Below are positions 55,088 through 63,850 of a stretch of DNA of 64,000 nucleotides, in pieces. Origin of the DNA: a virus. The position numbers and the translations under genes are program-made. The notes under the pieces are model-generated. The model had not been told where the DNA came from. It ran no database searches and saw only the letters and a program-made list of their open reading frames with translations. Numbering within the stretch: the stretch's first letter is position 1; the number at the start of each line of letters is the position of its first letter. The stretch covers positions 32,001-96,000 of the IMG/VR virus record IMGVR_UViG_3300023174_003433; one strand, given 5' to 3'.

Positions 55088-55116
55088 ATTATATAATAGT
55101 ATTTATCCAATGTCAA
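55088..55116 (-). promoter_or_regulatory. Perfect sigma70 promoter with an embedded late-promoter core upstream of gp32
   Basis: TTGACA-17 nt-TATAAT; the spacer contains GATAAATA. Confidence 0.88.
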
Positions 55117-55598
55117 GTGTACATTTTCAAAATACCTAACGTGGTCATGGTATCTGTGTGAAGTATACCAACACCACCTTCTCTACGCCATTGGTCAATA
55201 TTAACTAGTGTATCATCAATCAATATTGAATTGGCATTAGAAAAATCTTTTTTCAATCTTTTACCTGGTACCAAATTGACCTTGAAACCAATGTTATGGG
55301 TTTGTAACCATGTTAGTTTCTGAGCCCTAATATCAGCATCACGTTTTTCGGATGATGTAGAAGATAATATCTCAGTAGGTATGTTTAACTTACTAAGATA
55401 GTTTAATAATGGTACAGCATCTGGCATCAAATCTAGTGTTGCAAATTGTTGAGTGGCAATAAACTCACTAAAAAATTTATGAAACTCTTTTTTATTCTCT
55501 GCCTCTTTTGGTTCCATCTTGTACAATTCTTTATACCGTTTATTAAAATCGGCAATCACACCATCCATGTCCAAGTAAATCTTTGTAATCTTATGCAT
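55113..55598 (-). CDS. HAD-family 5'(3')-deoxyribonucleotidase-like protein
   Basis: YLDMDGVIADF, ILSS, K..W, LIDD...NI..W...GG.GI. Confidence 0.85.
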   Translation of the reverse strand: MHKITKIYLDMDGVIADFNKRYKELYKMEPKEAENKKEFHKFFSEFIATQQFATLDLMPDAVPLLNYLSKLNIPTEILSSTSSEKRDADIRAQKLTWLQTHNIGFKVNLVPGKRLKKDFSNANSILIDDTLVNIDQWRREGGVGILHTDTMTTLGILKMYT

Positions 55599-56211
55599 GT
55601 TCTTTAATTTTTTCTTTCAATATTTCTTTAAACTTCTGTTTATTATAATTAATAAATGGTGTGTATTTCTTTACAATTCTTCGGTGTGTCGGCCAAATAA
55701 TATCTTCAGTAATTTGTTTTTCCCATCGTGGCATACAGTCAAATATATCTATTAGAATACAAACTGTTTCTAATTTAATCTTATCGTGCATCATTTTGGT
55801 GATTAACATTGGCCAACCGCCATCAATAGGTTTAAAGTAATCATCAATGTGCCAGAACTCAGCGCCATCAACACTATCGAACATATACATTATATCATTC
55901 TCAAAGGTATATGTCAAGCTTTGTTGAGTTTTTTGCCACTTGGTATAGTTCTCATCACCATCTTGAAGTAAATCACCAACCCAATCACCTTTGCCTTGAA
56001 TAAAATTGGCAATATAAAAATCTTTGAGTTCCTCTAGATTGTATTTTCGGGATAATTTATAGAAATGGTATTTTGATTTGTTTGTACTAAATGTGGATTT
56101 AGATACATTCGTCTTACCATTGTATTTAAAGTAATCATAAGAATCGGAAGTAAAGTGCAGCTTCAATGCGTTCCATAGAGCATAGGCTGCAAAGCCTGTG
56201 TTCTCGGTCAT
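55591..56211 (-). CDS. gp59: Helicase loader gp59
   Basis: ALKLHFT..YDYFKYNGK, F.KL..KY, I.LET, KY.PF; located between gp32 and gp33. Confidence 0.88.
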   Translation of the reverse strand: MTENTGFAAYALWNALKLHFTSDSYDYFKYNGKTNVSKSTFSTNKSKYHFYKLSRKYNLEELKDFYIANFIQGKGDWVGDLLQDGDENYTKWQKTQQSLTYTFENDIMYMFDSVDGAEFWHIDDYFKPIDGGWPMLITKMMHDKIKLETVCILIDIFDCMPRWEKQITEDIIWPTHRRIVKKYTPFINYNKQKFKEILKEKIKEHA

Positions 56212-56429
56212 ATCGGCAGTTTCGAACTCTTTTTCAACAGATTATTTTCTTGTGCTTCATCTTTAATCTTTGCTTTGAGTGCAGACGATATAAGAGTGGC
56301 AGCAACTTCTATTTCGAGTCCAGTTTCTTTACAATGATGACAGATGGCATCCATATAACCTAGATGTTCATCTGCCACTAGTTTTTCAATCAGCATACTA
56401 AATTGCTTTATTTCTTCACGACTTGGCAT
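56208..56429 (-). CDS. gp33: Late transcription coactivator gp33
   Basis: FS..IE.LV....YMDAI...C....EIE..A.LIS..LK.KI..EA...NLL. Confidence 0.9.
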   Translation of the reverse strand: MPSREEIKQFSMLIEKLVADEHLGYMDAICHHCKETGLEIEVAATLISSALKAKIKDEAQENNLLKKSSKLPI

Positions 56430-56430
56430 A

Positions 56431-56970
56431 TTAAATTCTACTATAAAATATATGATTACCTATTTTCGTTACAACCTTGTTTCTATTCCAACCAGGATTT
56501 ACATACGTAGCATGGTAATACAGTGCGTTTGTTTCTGCTATTTTATCATGTAAAACTGGAACTGTCAATGCTCTTTTTGCAATTAGTAGAGATTCTTCCC
56601 ATCTATACCGATCTTGTCCGTGTACCATTTCTTTGACCATACAGGTCCATGAAAATTGGCAAACTGTCCTAAGATTGGCATCTGTGGTTTTTTGGTAAAC
56701 AACAGCACAGATGTCTGTTGGGAATTGGCCACTCTTAACACGATTAAGTGTTACTTGTGCAACGGCTAATTTACCTTCGTATGTTTCGCCAGCCGATTCA
56801 TAGTAAATATTTTTGGCGAGGCATTCTACTTGTTTGTTGTAACTTGCAGCAACTTGTTTCTCTGTTGCTGTCGATATGAATTCTTTTGATAGTGTTGGTA
56901 CAGTAAACAAAACAGCAACTGCTGTTAATACTGCCGTGACTAAATTAATTTTTGGAAGATTAAACTTCAT
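56431..56970 (-). CDS. Cell wall hydrolase SleB family, with N-terminal signal/anchor
   Basis: CLAKNIYYES.GE...GKLAVAQVTLNRV, CQFSW, YYHA.YV.P.W, IGNHIFY. Confidence 0.92.
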   Translation of the reverse strand: MKFNLPKINLVTAVLTAVAVLFTVPTLSKEFISTATEKQVAASYNKQVECLAKNIYYESAGETYEGKLAVAQVTLNRVKSGQFPTDICAVVYQKTTDANLRTVCQFSWTCMVKEMVHGQDRYRWEESLLIAKRALTVPVLHDKIAETNALYYHATYVNPGWNRNKVVTKIGNHIFYSRI

Positions 56971-56988
56971 CTTATCTCCTTGTTAATT

Positions 56989-57004
56989 GCCGGCCGAAGC
57001 CGGC
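56989..57004 (-). other. C(UUCG)G extra-stable hairpin
   Basis: GCCGGC-TTCG-GCCGGC on the minus strand between genes, with no minus-strand U-tract. Confidence 0.7.
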
Positions 57005-57013
57005 TTTCTCCAA

Positions 57014-57292
57014 TTACGAATTTGATTTCGATTTTATTTTAACTTCAGGTTGTGGAGTGGTTTGAGAAACAAATTGATTGAGAGCTTCCGCTTTCTTTAC
57101 AATTTCTTCTTCTGTGGGAAATGGCGGTAACGCCGGGAAATCAGGTGATGATGTGCCAGCAATTTTTGCTGCATCTACCTGTGTATGCCATTGCTGTTGT
57201 AGAGAATCATGTCTAGTGTGATAATCATCAGTTAGCATATCTTTGGCCATTTTTAAGAGTTCTAGCCGAATCTCATAAGGTGTCATACTCAT
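57014..57292 (-). CDS. Conserved hypothetical phage protein
   Basis: MTPYEIRLELLKMAK...P.EEEIVKKA..LN.FVS; AGGAG RBS. Confidence 0.75.
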   Translation of the reverse strand: MSMTPYEIRLELLKMAKDMLTDDYHTRHDSLQQQWHTQVDAAKIAGTSSPDFPALPPFPTEEEIVKKAEALNQFVSQTTPQPEVKIKSKSNS

Positions 57293-57360
57293 TTACTTCT
57301 CCTTTTGTGTGTGTTTATGTGTATTACCAGCGGTTTGTGTGTTGCTGGTGTTTTATTTAT

Positions 57361-57654
57361 CCAGGTGATTCTGTTGCTAAGTTCACCTGGTGAAACTCCG
57401 CTTACCTTTTAGGCAGCAAGTGCAAACTTATTATCGTTAGCGTTTAATTTAATTTAGTGATTACGCCTTCTCTGGCGATTCTCCATTATTATACTAATCT
57501 GATAATCGAATCTATTCGCCCCCATTAGGAACTACACTAGACCAGTCTGGCTCTGTTTGCTACCGATAACTCGGTTCGTTCTAATGTAGTTGCTGGTGGA
57601 GGCGGTGGGATTCGCACCCACGTCTTACCAAACGTTTTAATAACTTCTACGAAT
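57361..57654 (-). ncRNA. ssrA: Circularly permuted (two-piece) tmRNA
   Basis: Acceptor piece GACGTGGGTGCGAATCCCACCGCCTCCACCA (ends 57594) lies upstream of GGGGGCGAATAGATTCGA (starts 57523); acceptor stem with G3-U70; tag ANDNKFALAA* at 57441-57409. Outer ends approximate. Confidence 0.9.
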
Positions 57655-57764
57655 TATTTCAAAATAAAAAGTATTGCTAGTACACCTACAGCGAATGCAC
57701 AGGCACCCATGTAGAAAGCAAAACTTCTTACCTTATATTCTTTTACACAATCTTTGCTAGGCAT
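57654..57764 (-). CDS. Small membrane peptide (36 aa)
   Basis: MPSKDCVKEYKVRSFAFYMGACAFAVGVLAILFILK; overlaps the upstream stop (TAATG). Confidence 0.55.
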   Translation of the reverse strand: MPSKDCVKEYKVRSFAFYMGACAFAVGVLAILFILK

Positions 57765-57889
57765 TATAGAATCCTTTCTAGTAACCAAATAACAAAAAGA
57801 AAACTTAGACCACCAGCCAAAAGTTTTAAAGCCCCGTACTGTCTTTCATTCTGCTCGGGAGTGCAGAGTTTTTTCCAATATTTGTTCAT
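57764..57889 (-). CDS. Small membrane peptide (41 aa)
   Basis: MNKYWKKLCTPEQNERQYGALKLLAGGLSFLFVIWLLERIL; AGGA RBS; TATAAGTA late-like promoter at 57913-57920. Confidence 0.55.
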   Translation of the reverse strand: MNKYWKKLCTPEQNERQYGALKLLAGGLSFLFVIWLLERIL

Positions 57890-57951
57890 AGTGTTCCTAT
57901 TATAAGTGTTTATACTTATATAGGCAACCAGTTTACTTCAAGTTTACCACT

Positions 57952-58386
57952 TTATGGACACCAACTGGTCTTTGCCTCACCATAGTATTCCCGTGCATAA
58001 CCTTGTTGGATCAACATGGAACGCAAGGACTGACCATTCAATAGTACGTCACCTAGGACACGACCACCATACTTGTCCCAATCCATTAATACCACTTGCC
58101 GAGTGGTAAATTGTTCTATCATCTTCTTGGTAAATGCTGTGGCGGCTTGGCCACGAGCATCCTCAGAAGGACATTTGGCACGAAAACCTTTTTCTGGCGT
58201 ATCAACACCAAATACACGGATTGACAATTCTTTCTTTAATGGATCTGGTAACCATAACGCTTGGAATGCCACAGTATCACCATCAATAACTCTAGTAATT
58301 GTTGCATTGTATGTTACGCCAGCTTTTTGTTGTTGAGCAAAAGCCAACATTGGTACAAATAATAATGTAAGTAATATTTTTTTCAT
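57952..58386 (-). CDS. Thermonuclease (SNase) family protein with signal peptide
   Basis: RVIDGDT, IRVFGVDTPE, DKYGGRVLG, G.AREY. Confidence 0.9.
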   Translation of the reverse strand: MKKILLTLLFVPMLAFAQQQKAGVTYNATITRVIDGDTVAFQALWLPDPLKKELSIRVFGVDTPEKGFRAKCPSEDARGQAATAFTKKMIEQFTTRQVVLMDWDKYGGRVLGDVLLNGQSLRSMLIQQGYAREYYGEAKTSWCP

Positions 58387-59039
58387 TTGTATTGGTCCTT
58401 ATAAAATTGTATGGCCTTTACCAAACCATCGATATGATGTTCTGTTTTTTCTTGGAACAATAAAGGTTGTTCATCTTGTACTGCCATGATAATGACCAAA
58501 TTATTTATTGGTGTGCCAATCAATTCTTCATACATGAGTGCATATGCTGATGTTTGCCAGAAATAATCTTCAATCTCAACTTTAGATTTTATTTTCTTAG
58601 ATGTTTTAAAATCAATTACAGATAATACACCATCAAACTCACCAATACAATCTACACGACCTGCCATACCTAATTGTTTAGACCATAGTGCTTGTTCTTG
58701 GTAATGAATATTATTGATACGATTGAGTAATGGCTTGATTGATTTAAACATTTCTTTGGCATCAGGCATAATATCACCTAACGATTCATTGTTTAAATAA
58801 CGTTCACATAGTGTATGAACATTGGTGCCACGACCTGTGGCGGCCTTTGATATTCTATTGGCCTCTGCTTCACCAACTCGTTTACGCCATGCCATGATGG
58901 CATCTTTCTTTTGTGCACCAAGAACTGTGGTGACCGATGGCAACTTTGTGCCATCTTCTAATGTATAGTATCGTTTACCATCAGGAAAAGTTTCGGATTG
59001 TAAGTCTTTTAGTTCTTTTGGTGAACAGTAATTAAACAT
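58383..59039 (-). CDS. PD-(D/E)XK exonuclease (T4-like)
   Basis: PSVTTVL, W..RVG..EA, RGT.VH, AGRVDCI, IDFKTS, Y..Q..AYA. Confidence 0.9.
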   Translation of the reverse strand: MFNYCSPKELKDLQSETFPDGKRYYTLEDGTKLPSVTTVLGAQKKDAIMAWRKRVGEAEANRISKAATGRGTNVHTLCERYLNNESLGDIMPDAKEMFKSIKPLLNRINNIHYQEQALWSKQLGMAGRVDCIGEFDGVLSVIDFKTSKKIKSKVEIEDYFWQTSAYALMYEELIGTPINNLVIIMAVQDEQPLLFQEKTEHHIDGLVKAIQFYKDQYK

Positions 59040-59634
59040 TCTTTTTCTCAAATTTAGGTATCAATAAAAATTCTCTTGTTATATCTATAATATAAATTAA
59101 TCTTCTTTTGTTTGTTCTATTATATGCACTATGTAATTCTCCATTATCAAAAGCAAACAAATTTGACCAATTGGTTGTTAAACCATTAACTTCAAAACCA
59201 GAATCTCCTTCGGGTATGATTAGTGGTATATGTATTCTAACACTATTATGTGACCTATTTTCAACATCAACGTGTTTTTTAATTATTCCACCAGATTCTA
59301 AAATACTATAACCACTACAACCACAATGTTTAATATATTTTTGTGTTAATGTTGATGCTGTTGGAAAAGCATTTGACACCTTTGGATCTAAAAACATATT
59401 ACTCTCTTTTTTTTGTTCTGGCAAGAAGTATCGTAAACCTTCAACTTTCCAATCCACTTTTCCGGGAACATGATCTAAAATAGCCAATGGATTTGCCTTA
59501 GAATAGGGAATACCTCCCTTAAATGTGGTGTCAAAATCTTTGTGGTGGGCTAAAAATTCACTTCGTAAGTTTGGTACCAATGATAATAATTCATCCGCAA
59601 TATGTATTTCTTCTTTTGTCCAAAGATATTTCAT
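59032..59634 (-). CDS. Asp/Asn beta-hydroxylase (AspH/LpxO)-like 2OG-Fe(II) oxygenase
   Basis: YSIL..GG.I..HVD, RIHIPLIIP, FDN...HSAYN....RLIYIID. Confidence 0.85.
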   Translation of the reverse strand: MKYLWTKEEIHIADELLSLVPNLRSEFLAHHKDFDTTFKGGIPYSKANPLAILDHVPGKVDWKVEGLRYFLPEQKKESNMFLDPKVSNAFPTASTLTQKYIKHCGCSGYSILESGGIIKKHVDVENRSHNSVRIHIPLIIPEGDSGFEVNGLTTNWSNLFAFDNGELHSAYNRTNKRRLIYIIDITREFLLIPKFEKKNV

Positions 59635-61151
59635 TGTATGCCCAACTTTAATTTTTTATATTCTAAAATGGTTTGATCCGCTTCTCGTATTTTTTTATTT
59701 AAAAAAGACTTGTCAAAATTGCCATCAATAATGTCTTTAATATCAACACCCATACCAACCAATTCATAAACATCATGGTTGATACTAACTCCCTTATCGG
59801 CATTTCCATAAATCGATTTACCAGCTTTAATTCTGTGTTTTTCGGTCTCAATATTTAATTGATTAGTAATTGTTCTGGCCGTGTGCCAGTTCGTATATTT
59901 GTTTTTCCATATCATCACACCATTATTATCCGTACCATATTTTATATCATCATCAACTTTTGGTATGGAATATTCTCCTGGTAACAGTTCAGTATAACCC
60001 CATTTGTCATATTCTTTTTCAAATTCACTTAGGCGGCTTATTGAACCTTTTCTAATTAACAACGGCCACCAATCCCAATTATCGAACACTTCAAAGTTTT
60101 GGTCAAGTAACATTTGTTGGCTTTTAATCACACTAGAGATTGGTTCTCCTGGTAAACCACAAATCATACCAGTATATGTATAGATTGGTTTGTATTTCTT
60201 TAATTGCCTAATTGCCTCAAACTGTCTTTCATTATCTAATCCTTTGCCAATGGCTTTCTTTGCTTCTGGATGAAATGTTTCTAAACCAAAAGTTGCAGCG
60301 ACTAATCCTGTATCGGCCAACATTGGAATTGTTTCAGGAAAAGCCTCAATTAAATCTGCTCTGAGAAATGCTGTATATGTTATTTTTATTCCACTTTTAG
60401 CAATTGCTTCAGCAACATATTCCAATTTAACTACATTATCATTAAAGGTATCATCATTAAACCAATAATTATTGACACCAAACATTTCATAATTTCTTCT
60501 CAACTCAGCAGATAGGTTATCCACATGACGAATATAATCATTCTTTTTTTTACCTAAAAGTGGAAAGGCACAAAATCTACATCTAAAAATACAACCTCTA
60601 CTAATTTCAATCGGTAAAAAATTGTTTTTAATCAAATCACTTTCCAACCATTTGATTGTCAGGTCGCTAGAATCATTCTTGTATAACATTTCCGCATTGA
60701 TTGATTTTGTTCCACGATAAGGCACCCACGGCAAATCATTCAAAAGCTTTTTATTAAGAAATTTCATGTAGTGTAACATGGCTTCTTCAGAATACCCCCA
60801 AACAATTCTATCTACTTGTGTCAAATCAACACCTTCAATAGGAGTTTCACTACCACCAATTAGTGTTTGTACTTTTGGATATTTTTCTTTGATGTGTTTG
60901 AATAGATAATTAATTTTATCGAATGCATATATGAATGTTATACTGATACCAATAAACAAAGTTTTTGGTCCAATATATCTTTCACAAAGTAGTTCTAGTT
61001 CTCTTTCAGTAAAATTACCAAAATAATCTATAACTTCAATATTGTAATTGTGTTGTTCTAAAAAAGTTCTTAGGCGTGCGGCACCAGCAGGACGACTAAT
61101 TGTCCTAGTTCTTTCCATACCAGTGAATATAATACCATGCCGATCATCCAT
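59631..61151 (-). CDS. B12-binding-domain radical SAM protein
   Basis: N-terminal domain (GISITF, LIGG), EISRGCIFRCRFC (CxxxCxxC), DDTFND, FLRADL, GLET, GLPGE. Confidence 0.88.
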   Translation of the reverse strand: MDDRHGIIFTGMERTRTISRPAGAARLRTFLEQHNYNIEVIDYFGNFTERELELLCERYIGPKTLFIGISITFIYAFDKINYLFKHIKEKYPKVQTLIGGSETPIEGVDLTQVDRIVWGYSEEAMLHYMKFLNKKLLNDLPWVPYRGTKSINAEMLYKNDSSDLTIKWLESDLIKNNFLPIEISRGCIFRCRFCAFPLLGKKKNDYIRHVDNLSAELRRNYEMFGVNNYWFNDDTFNDNVVKLEYVAEAIAKSGIKITYTAFLRADLIEAFPETIPMLADTGLVAATFGLETFHPEAKKAIGKGLDNERQFEAIRQLKKYKPIYTYTGMICGLPGEPISSVIKSQQMLLDQNFEVFDNWDWWPLLIRKGSISRLSEFEKEYDKWGYTELLPGEYSIPKVDDDIKYGTDNNGVMIWKNKYTNWHTARTITNQLNIETEKHRIKAGKSIYGNADKGVSINHDVYELVGMGVDIKDIIDGNFDKSFLNKKIREADQTILEYKKLKLGIQ

Positions 61152-61154
61152 AAT

Positions 61155-61928
61155 TTATTTTTTAGTTAAATATTTTTCTTTGATTGCTTCAAAGAAATCA
61201 ATATCTTCTTCAGTCAATTCAACACTTTCAATTTTTTCCATTTGGCCACGAATATAGTTACGATACAATTCAAAATCACCTTCATATTTAAAATTCTTTG
61301 TAATTTTTTTTGTATCGTAAGCATCCATAATAATATGGTACCGATCTTCGTCAGAATCATTTCTAATTTGGTGCCAAAGATTTGTCCAAAGAATCCAAAC
61401 ACCACCATCTGCCGGCATGTGTAGATTTTTACCTTGGCATATGTGAACAGATTTTTTATTAGTCCACAATGGTATGTGTATGCGGGTCATATATTCGGAA
61501 GAATTTGCATCTCTATGAATTAAACTCTTTGAGTGTGCTTTTAGACAAGCAACTCTCGCTCTACACGGAGTTAATCCAAGCTCACGCAAATCATCCAATA
61601 CTTTTTTAATTTCACCAACATACGCTTCTGTTGGTTTGTCATGTTCTAATCCATGATAAATGTTAAAATGTTTATATGCTTTCCAAATTAATTCTTGTGT
61701 AGGTAAAAAGGACTCTAATGTTTGTCCTTGTTCTAGTTGAATTGCTTCCCAGCCATCAGTCCATGTGGCATTTCTACTCAACAAACTCCAACCACCAAAA
61801 CCATGATATTTTGGTGTTTCATATTCTTTACCTTGAACAACTTGGTCACCTAAAATGAAAACACTTTCACGGACTTCTTTTTTTAATTTTTCAATATCAA
61901 CTGTATAATCTAATTTTTCAAAAAACAT
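61155..61928 (-). CDS. AspH-like 2OG-Fe(II) oxygenase
   Basis: HRD, RIHIPLWTN, HMPADG, HQIRN....R.HII. Confidence 0.8.
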   Translation of the reverse strand: MFFEKLDYTVDIEKLKKEVRESVFILGDQVVQGKEYETPKYHGFGGWSLLSRNATWTDGWEAIQLEQGQTLESFLPTQELIWKAYKHFNIYHGLEHDKPTEAYVGEIKKVLDDLRELGLTPCRARVACLKAHSKSLIHRDANSSEYMTRIHIPLWTNKKSVHICQGKNLHMPADGGVWILWTNLWHQIRNDSDEDRYHIIMDAYDTKKITKNFKYEGDFELYRNYIRGQMEKIESVELTEEDIDFFEAIKEKYLTKK

Positions 61929-61939
61929 TTTTATTTCCT

Positions 61940-62608
61940 TTATAAATTTCCAGTTTCTTTTAACATTTCGTACACTTGTTCATAGTTATAGTGTCTGGTT
62001 CTTAAAGCAAAAGCTTTTCTAAGTTTTGTGCCATCCAATGGTTCAACATTATGTGCCACACTAACATCTAACAAATACGCTTCATTCTTATTAGCGACAA
62101 ATGAACCAATTTCATACACATCGTCAAAAGTATATACTGCATCAACATATGTAATTTCTTCACAAGTGGGCATATTTTGTTTCTCAGCTACAAACTCTTT
62201 AACTTTAGTTTTTAAATCTTCCACATTAATATCTTTTGCTTGCATATTGCCAGTTGTAACCTCTGTGTGCCTATCTTCTTCTGTTTTCCAAGAATTTGCA
62301 CCTGGTTTTGCTTTCCAAAAAATAGTTTTATAATCTCCTGGTTCATAATAAAAATTAATTGTTGTTATAAAATCATTATCAACATGAGGTAACAATAAAC
62401 TATTAATTGACATTCTCGTTACTTGAAAATCTTTCCAATACCTTTCTGGAATAACTTTATATAAAGTTTCACGTTCAGGTTCTGGTGTCCAAATTGTACT
62501 GTGTCTTACTCCTAATCCATATTTTCCTGCAAATGAATCAGCCTGACCTTTTGGTATAATTGTGTGTGGCATATATTCATAGAGGTGTTTTAATTTAACA
62601 AATGCCAT
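61940..62608 (-). CDS. Putative 2OG-Fe(II) oxygenase
   Basis: PHVD..INFY, YLLDVSVAHNV, distal R. Confidence 0.7.
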   Translation of the reverse strand: MAFVKLKHLYEYMPHTIIPKGQADSFAGKYGLGVRHSTIWTPEPERETLYKVIPERYWKDFQVTRMSINSLLLPHVDNDFITTINFYYEPGDYKTIFWKAKPGANSWKTEEDRHTEVTTGNMQAKDINVEDLKTKVKEFVAEKQNMPTCEEITYVDAVYTFDDVYEIGSFVANKNEAYLLDVSVAHNVEPLDGTKLRKAFALRTRHYNYEQVYEMLKETGNL

Positions 62609-63128
62609 TACCTGTTTCCTTTAACATTTTAAGGACATCTTCATACTTATGTATGAAAGTTCCTAGTGTAAGTGCTTTTCTTAAATTAAAATTCCCTTGT
62701 ACGCCGTGTATTTGAGTTACATCAAGTAACCAAATTTCAAAATCTTTGGCAATAAAACTATCTACCTCAATCAAATCTTCTTCAAAATAAATGTGACCAT
62801 TAGTTTGATTTTTAACCTGTATAGTTTTTAAATCATTATTTTTTGGTTTATAAAATACAGTTTTACAACCTTCTGTTTGCAAATAAAAATTAATTGAAGT
62901 AATTATTTCCGTGTCTGTGTGAGGAGGTATTATACAGTCAATTGTCATTATTGTCAAGTGAAAATCTTGCCAATACCTTCTTGGTAATATACCATAAAGT
63001 TTTTCTGCTTCGGGTGACCATATCTTTTTGTAATCAATACCCTTGCCATTATCACCTTTAAATGATTTTAACGGATCGGTAATTGCATAAAGTGGTTTTT
63101 CAAATGTTTTTTCCAATCTGGCAAACAT
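62595..63128 (-). CDS. Putative 2OG-Fe(II) oxygenase (paralog of 61940..62608)
   Basis: PHTD..INFY, WLLDVTQIHGV, distal R. Confidence 0.7.
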   Translation of the reverse strand: MFARLEKTFEKPLYAITDPLKSFKGDNGKGIDYKKIWSPEAEKLYGILPRRYWQDFHLTIMTIDCIIPPHTDTEIITSINFYLQTEGCKTVFYKPKNNDLKTIQVKNQTNGHIYFEEDLIEVDSFIAKDFEIWLLDVTQIHGVQGNFNLRKALTLGTFIHKYEDVLKMLKETGNGIC

Positions 63129-63838
63129 TACTCAAGTTTCCACTCTTTGATTTTGGACATTCTGCCTGCCCAACTTTTTAAGATAACAGTATTTGATGCG
63201 TCTTTATCGACTACTTTTCTTAGGTCGGTCGATAATGAAATTCTTAAATCATCTGATTTGTTTTCATCAATACCATGTAACACATAAGACGGGAAGAAAA
63301 TTAATCTACCTTCAACGGGTTTATATCTACGTTCACGCATGAAAGGACTGCCACTTAAACGATTATTCTCCCAATCAATGGCATGAGAAGAATCAAATGC
63401 CACTAAATCACCACAACCTTCTTTGGCTTTGATGTAATATGTTGCAGCAATTGCTGATTCAGTATGTCCGTGTACTTCAAGTCTTTCACCTGGTTCCCGT
63501 ACATTGACCCAACCCATGAAATGTTCACAACCACGAATATTTAACATACGAAGTTGTGGTATGTTCTGTACAATTTTTCTAGTTACAATATCAATAATTT
63601 CTTGTTTAAGTATATCTAAATTGGGTCTGCTGTAGTCCCATATACTATTATGAGGATCTCTATCTACACCTAAGGCAATATTTTTACCAATGGCATAAAT
63701 TTCTTCTAATAAAACTTCATTGAATGATGTATCGAATTTGGTTTGTTCTTCCCAGATTGGGCTTTGCCAAAACATATTTTGTGCATTTTGATACCAATGA
63801 TAACGATCCCTATCAGCTTTTGTTTTAAAACTATTCAT
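63128..63838 (-). CDS. Putative 2OG-Fe(II) oxygenase (TIGR02466-like)
   Basis: WVN...PG....H.H, A.YY, P.EG.LIFFPSY..H.I..N.S...RIS. Confidence 0.82.
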   Translation of the reverse strand: MNSFKTKADRDRYHWYQNAQNMFWQSPIWEEQTKFDTSFNEVLLEEIYAIGKNIALGVDRDPHNSIWDYSRPNLDILKQEIIDIVTRKIVQNIPQLRMLNIRGCEHFMGWVNVREPGERLEVHGHTESAIAATYYIKAKEGCGDLVAFDSSHAIDWENNRLSGSPFMRERRYKPVEGRLIFFPSYVLHGIDENKSDDLRISLSTDLRKVVDKDASNTVILKSWAGRMSKIKEWKLE

Positions 63839-63850
63839 AATAAAATATTA

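Noticed and set aside
57594-57625. Stand-alone tRNA
   Set aside because: Only a T-arm and CCA end are present, with no anticodon arm; it is the acceptor piece of the tmRNA.
58383-59039. Cas4 / CRISPR adaptation gene
   Set aside because: It is the common T4-like PD-(D/E)XK exonuclease, lacking the four-cysteine Fe-S pattern and any array.
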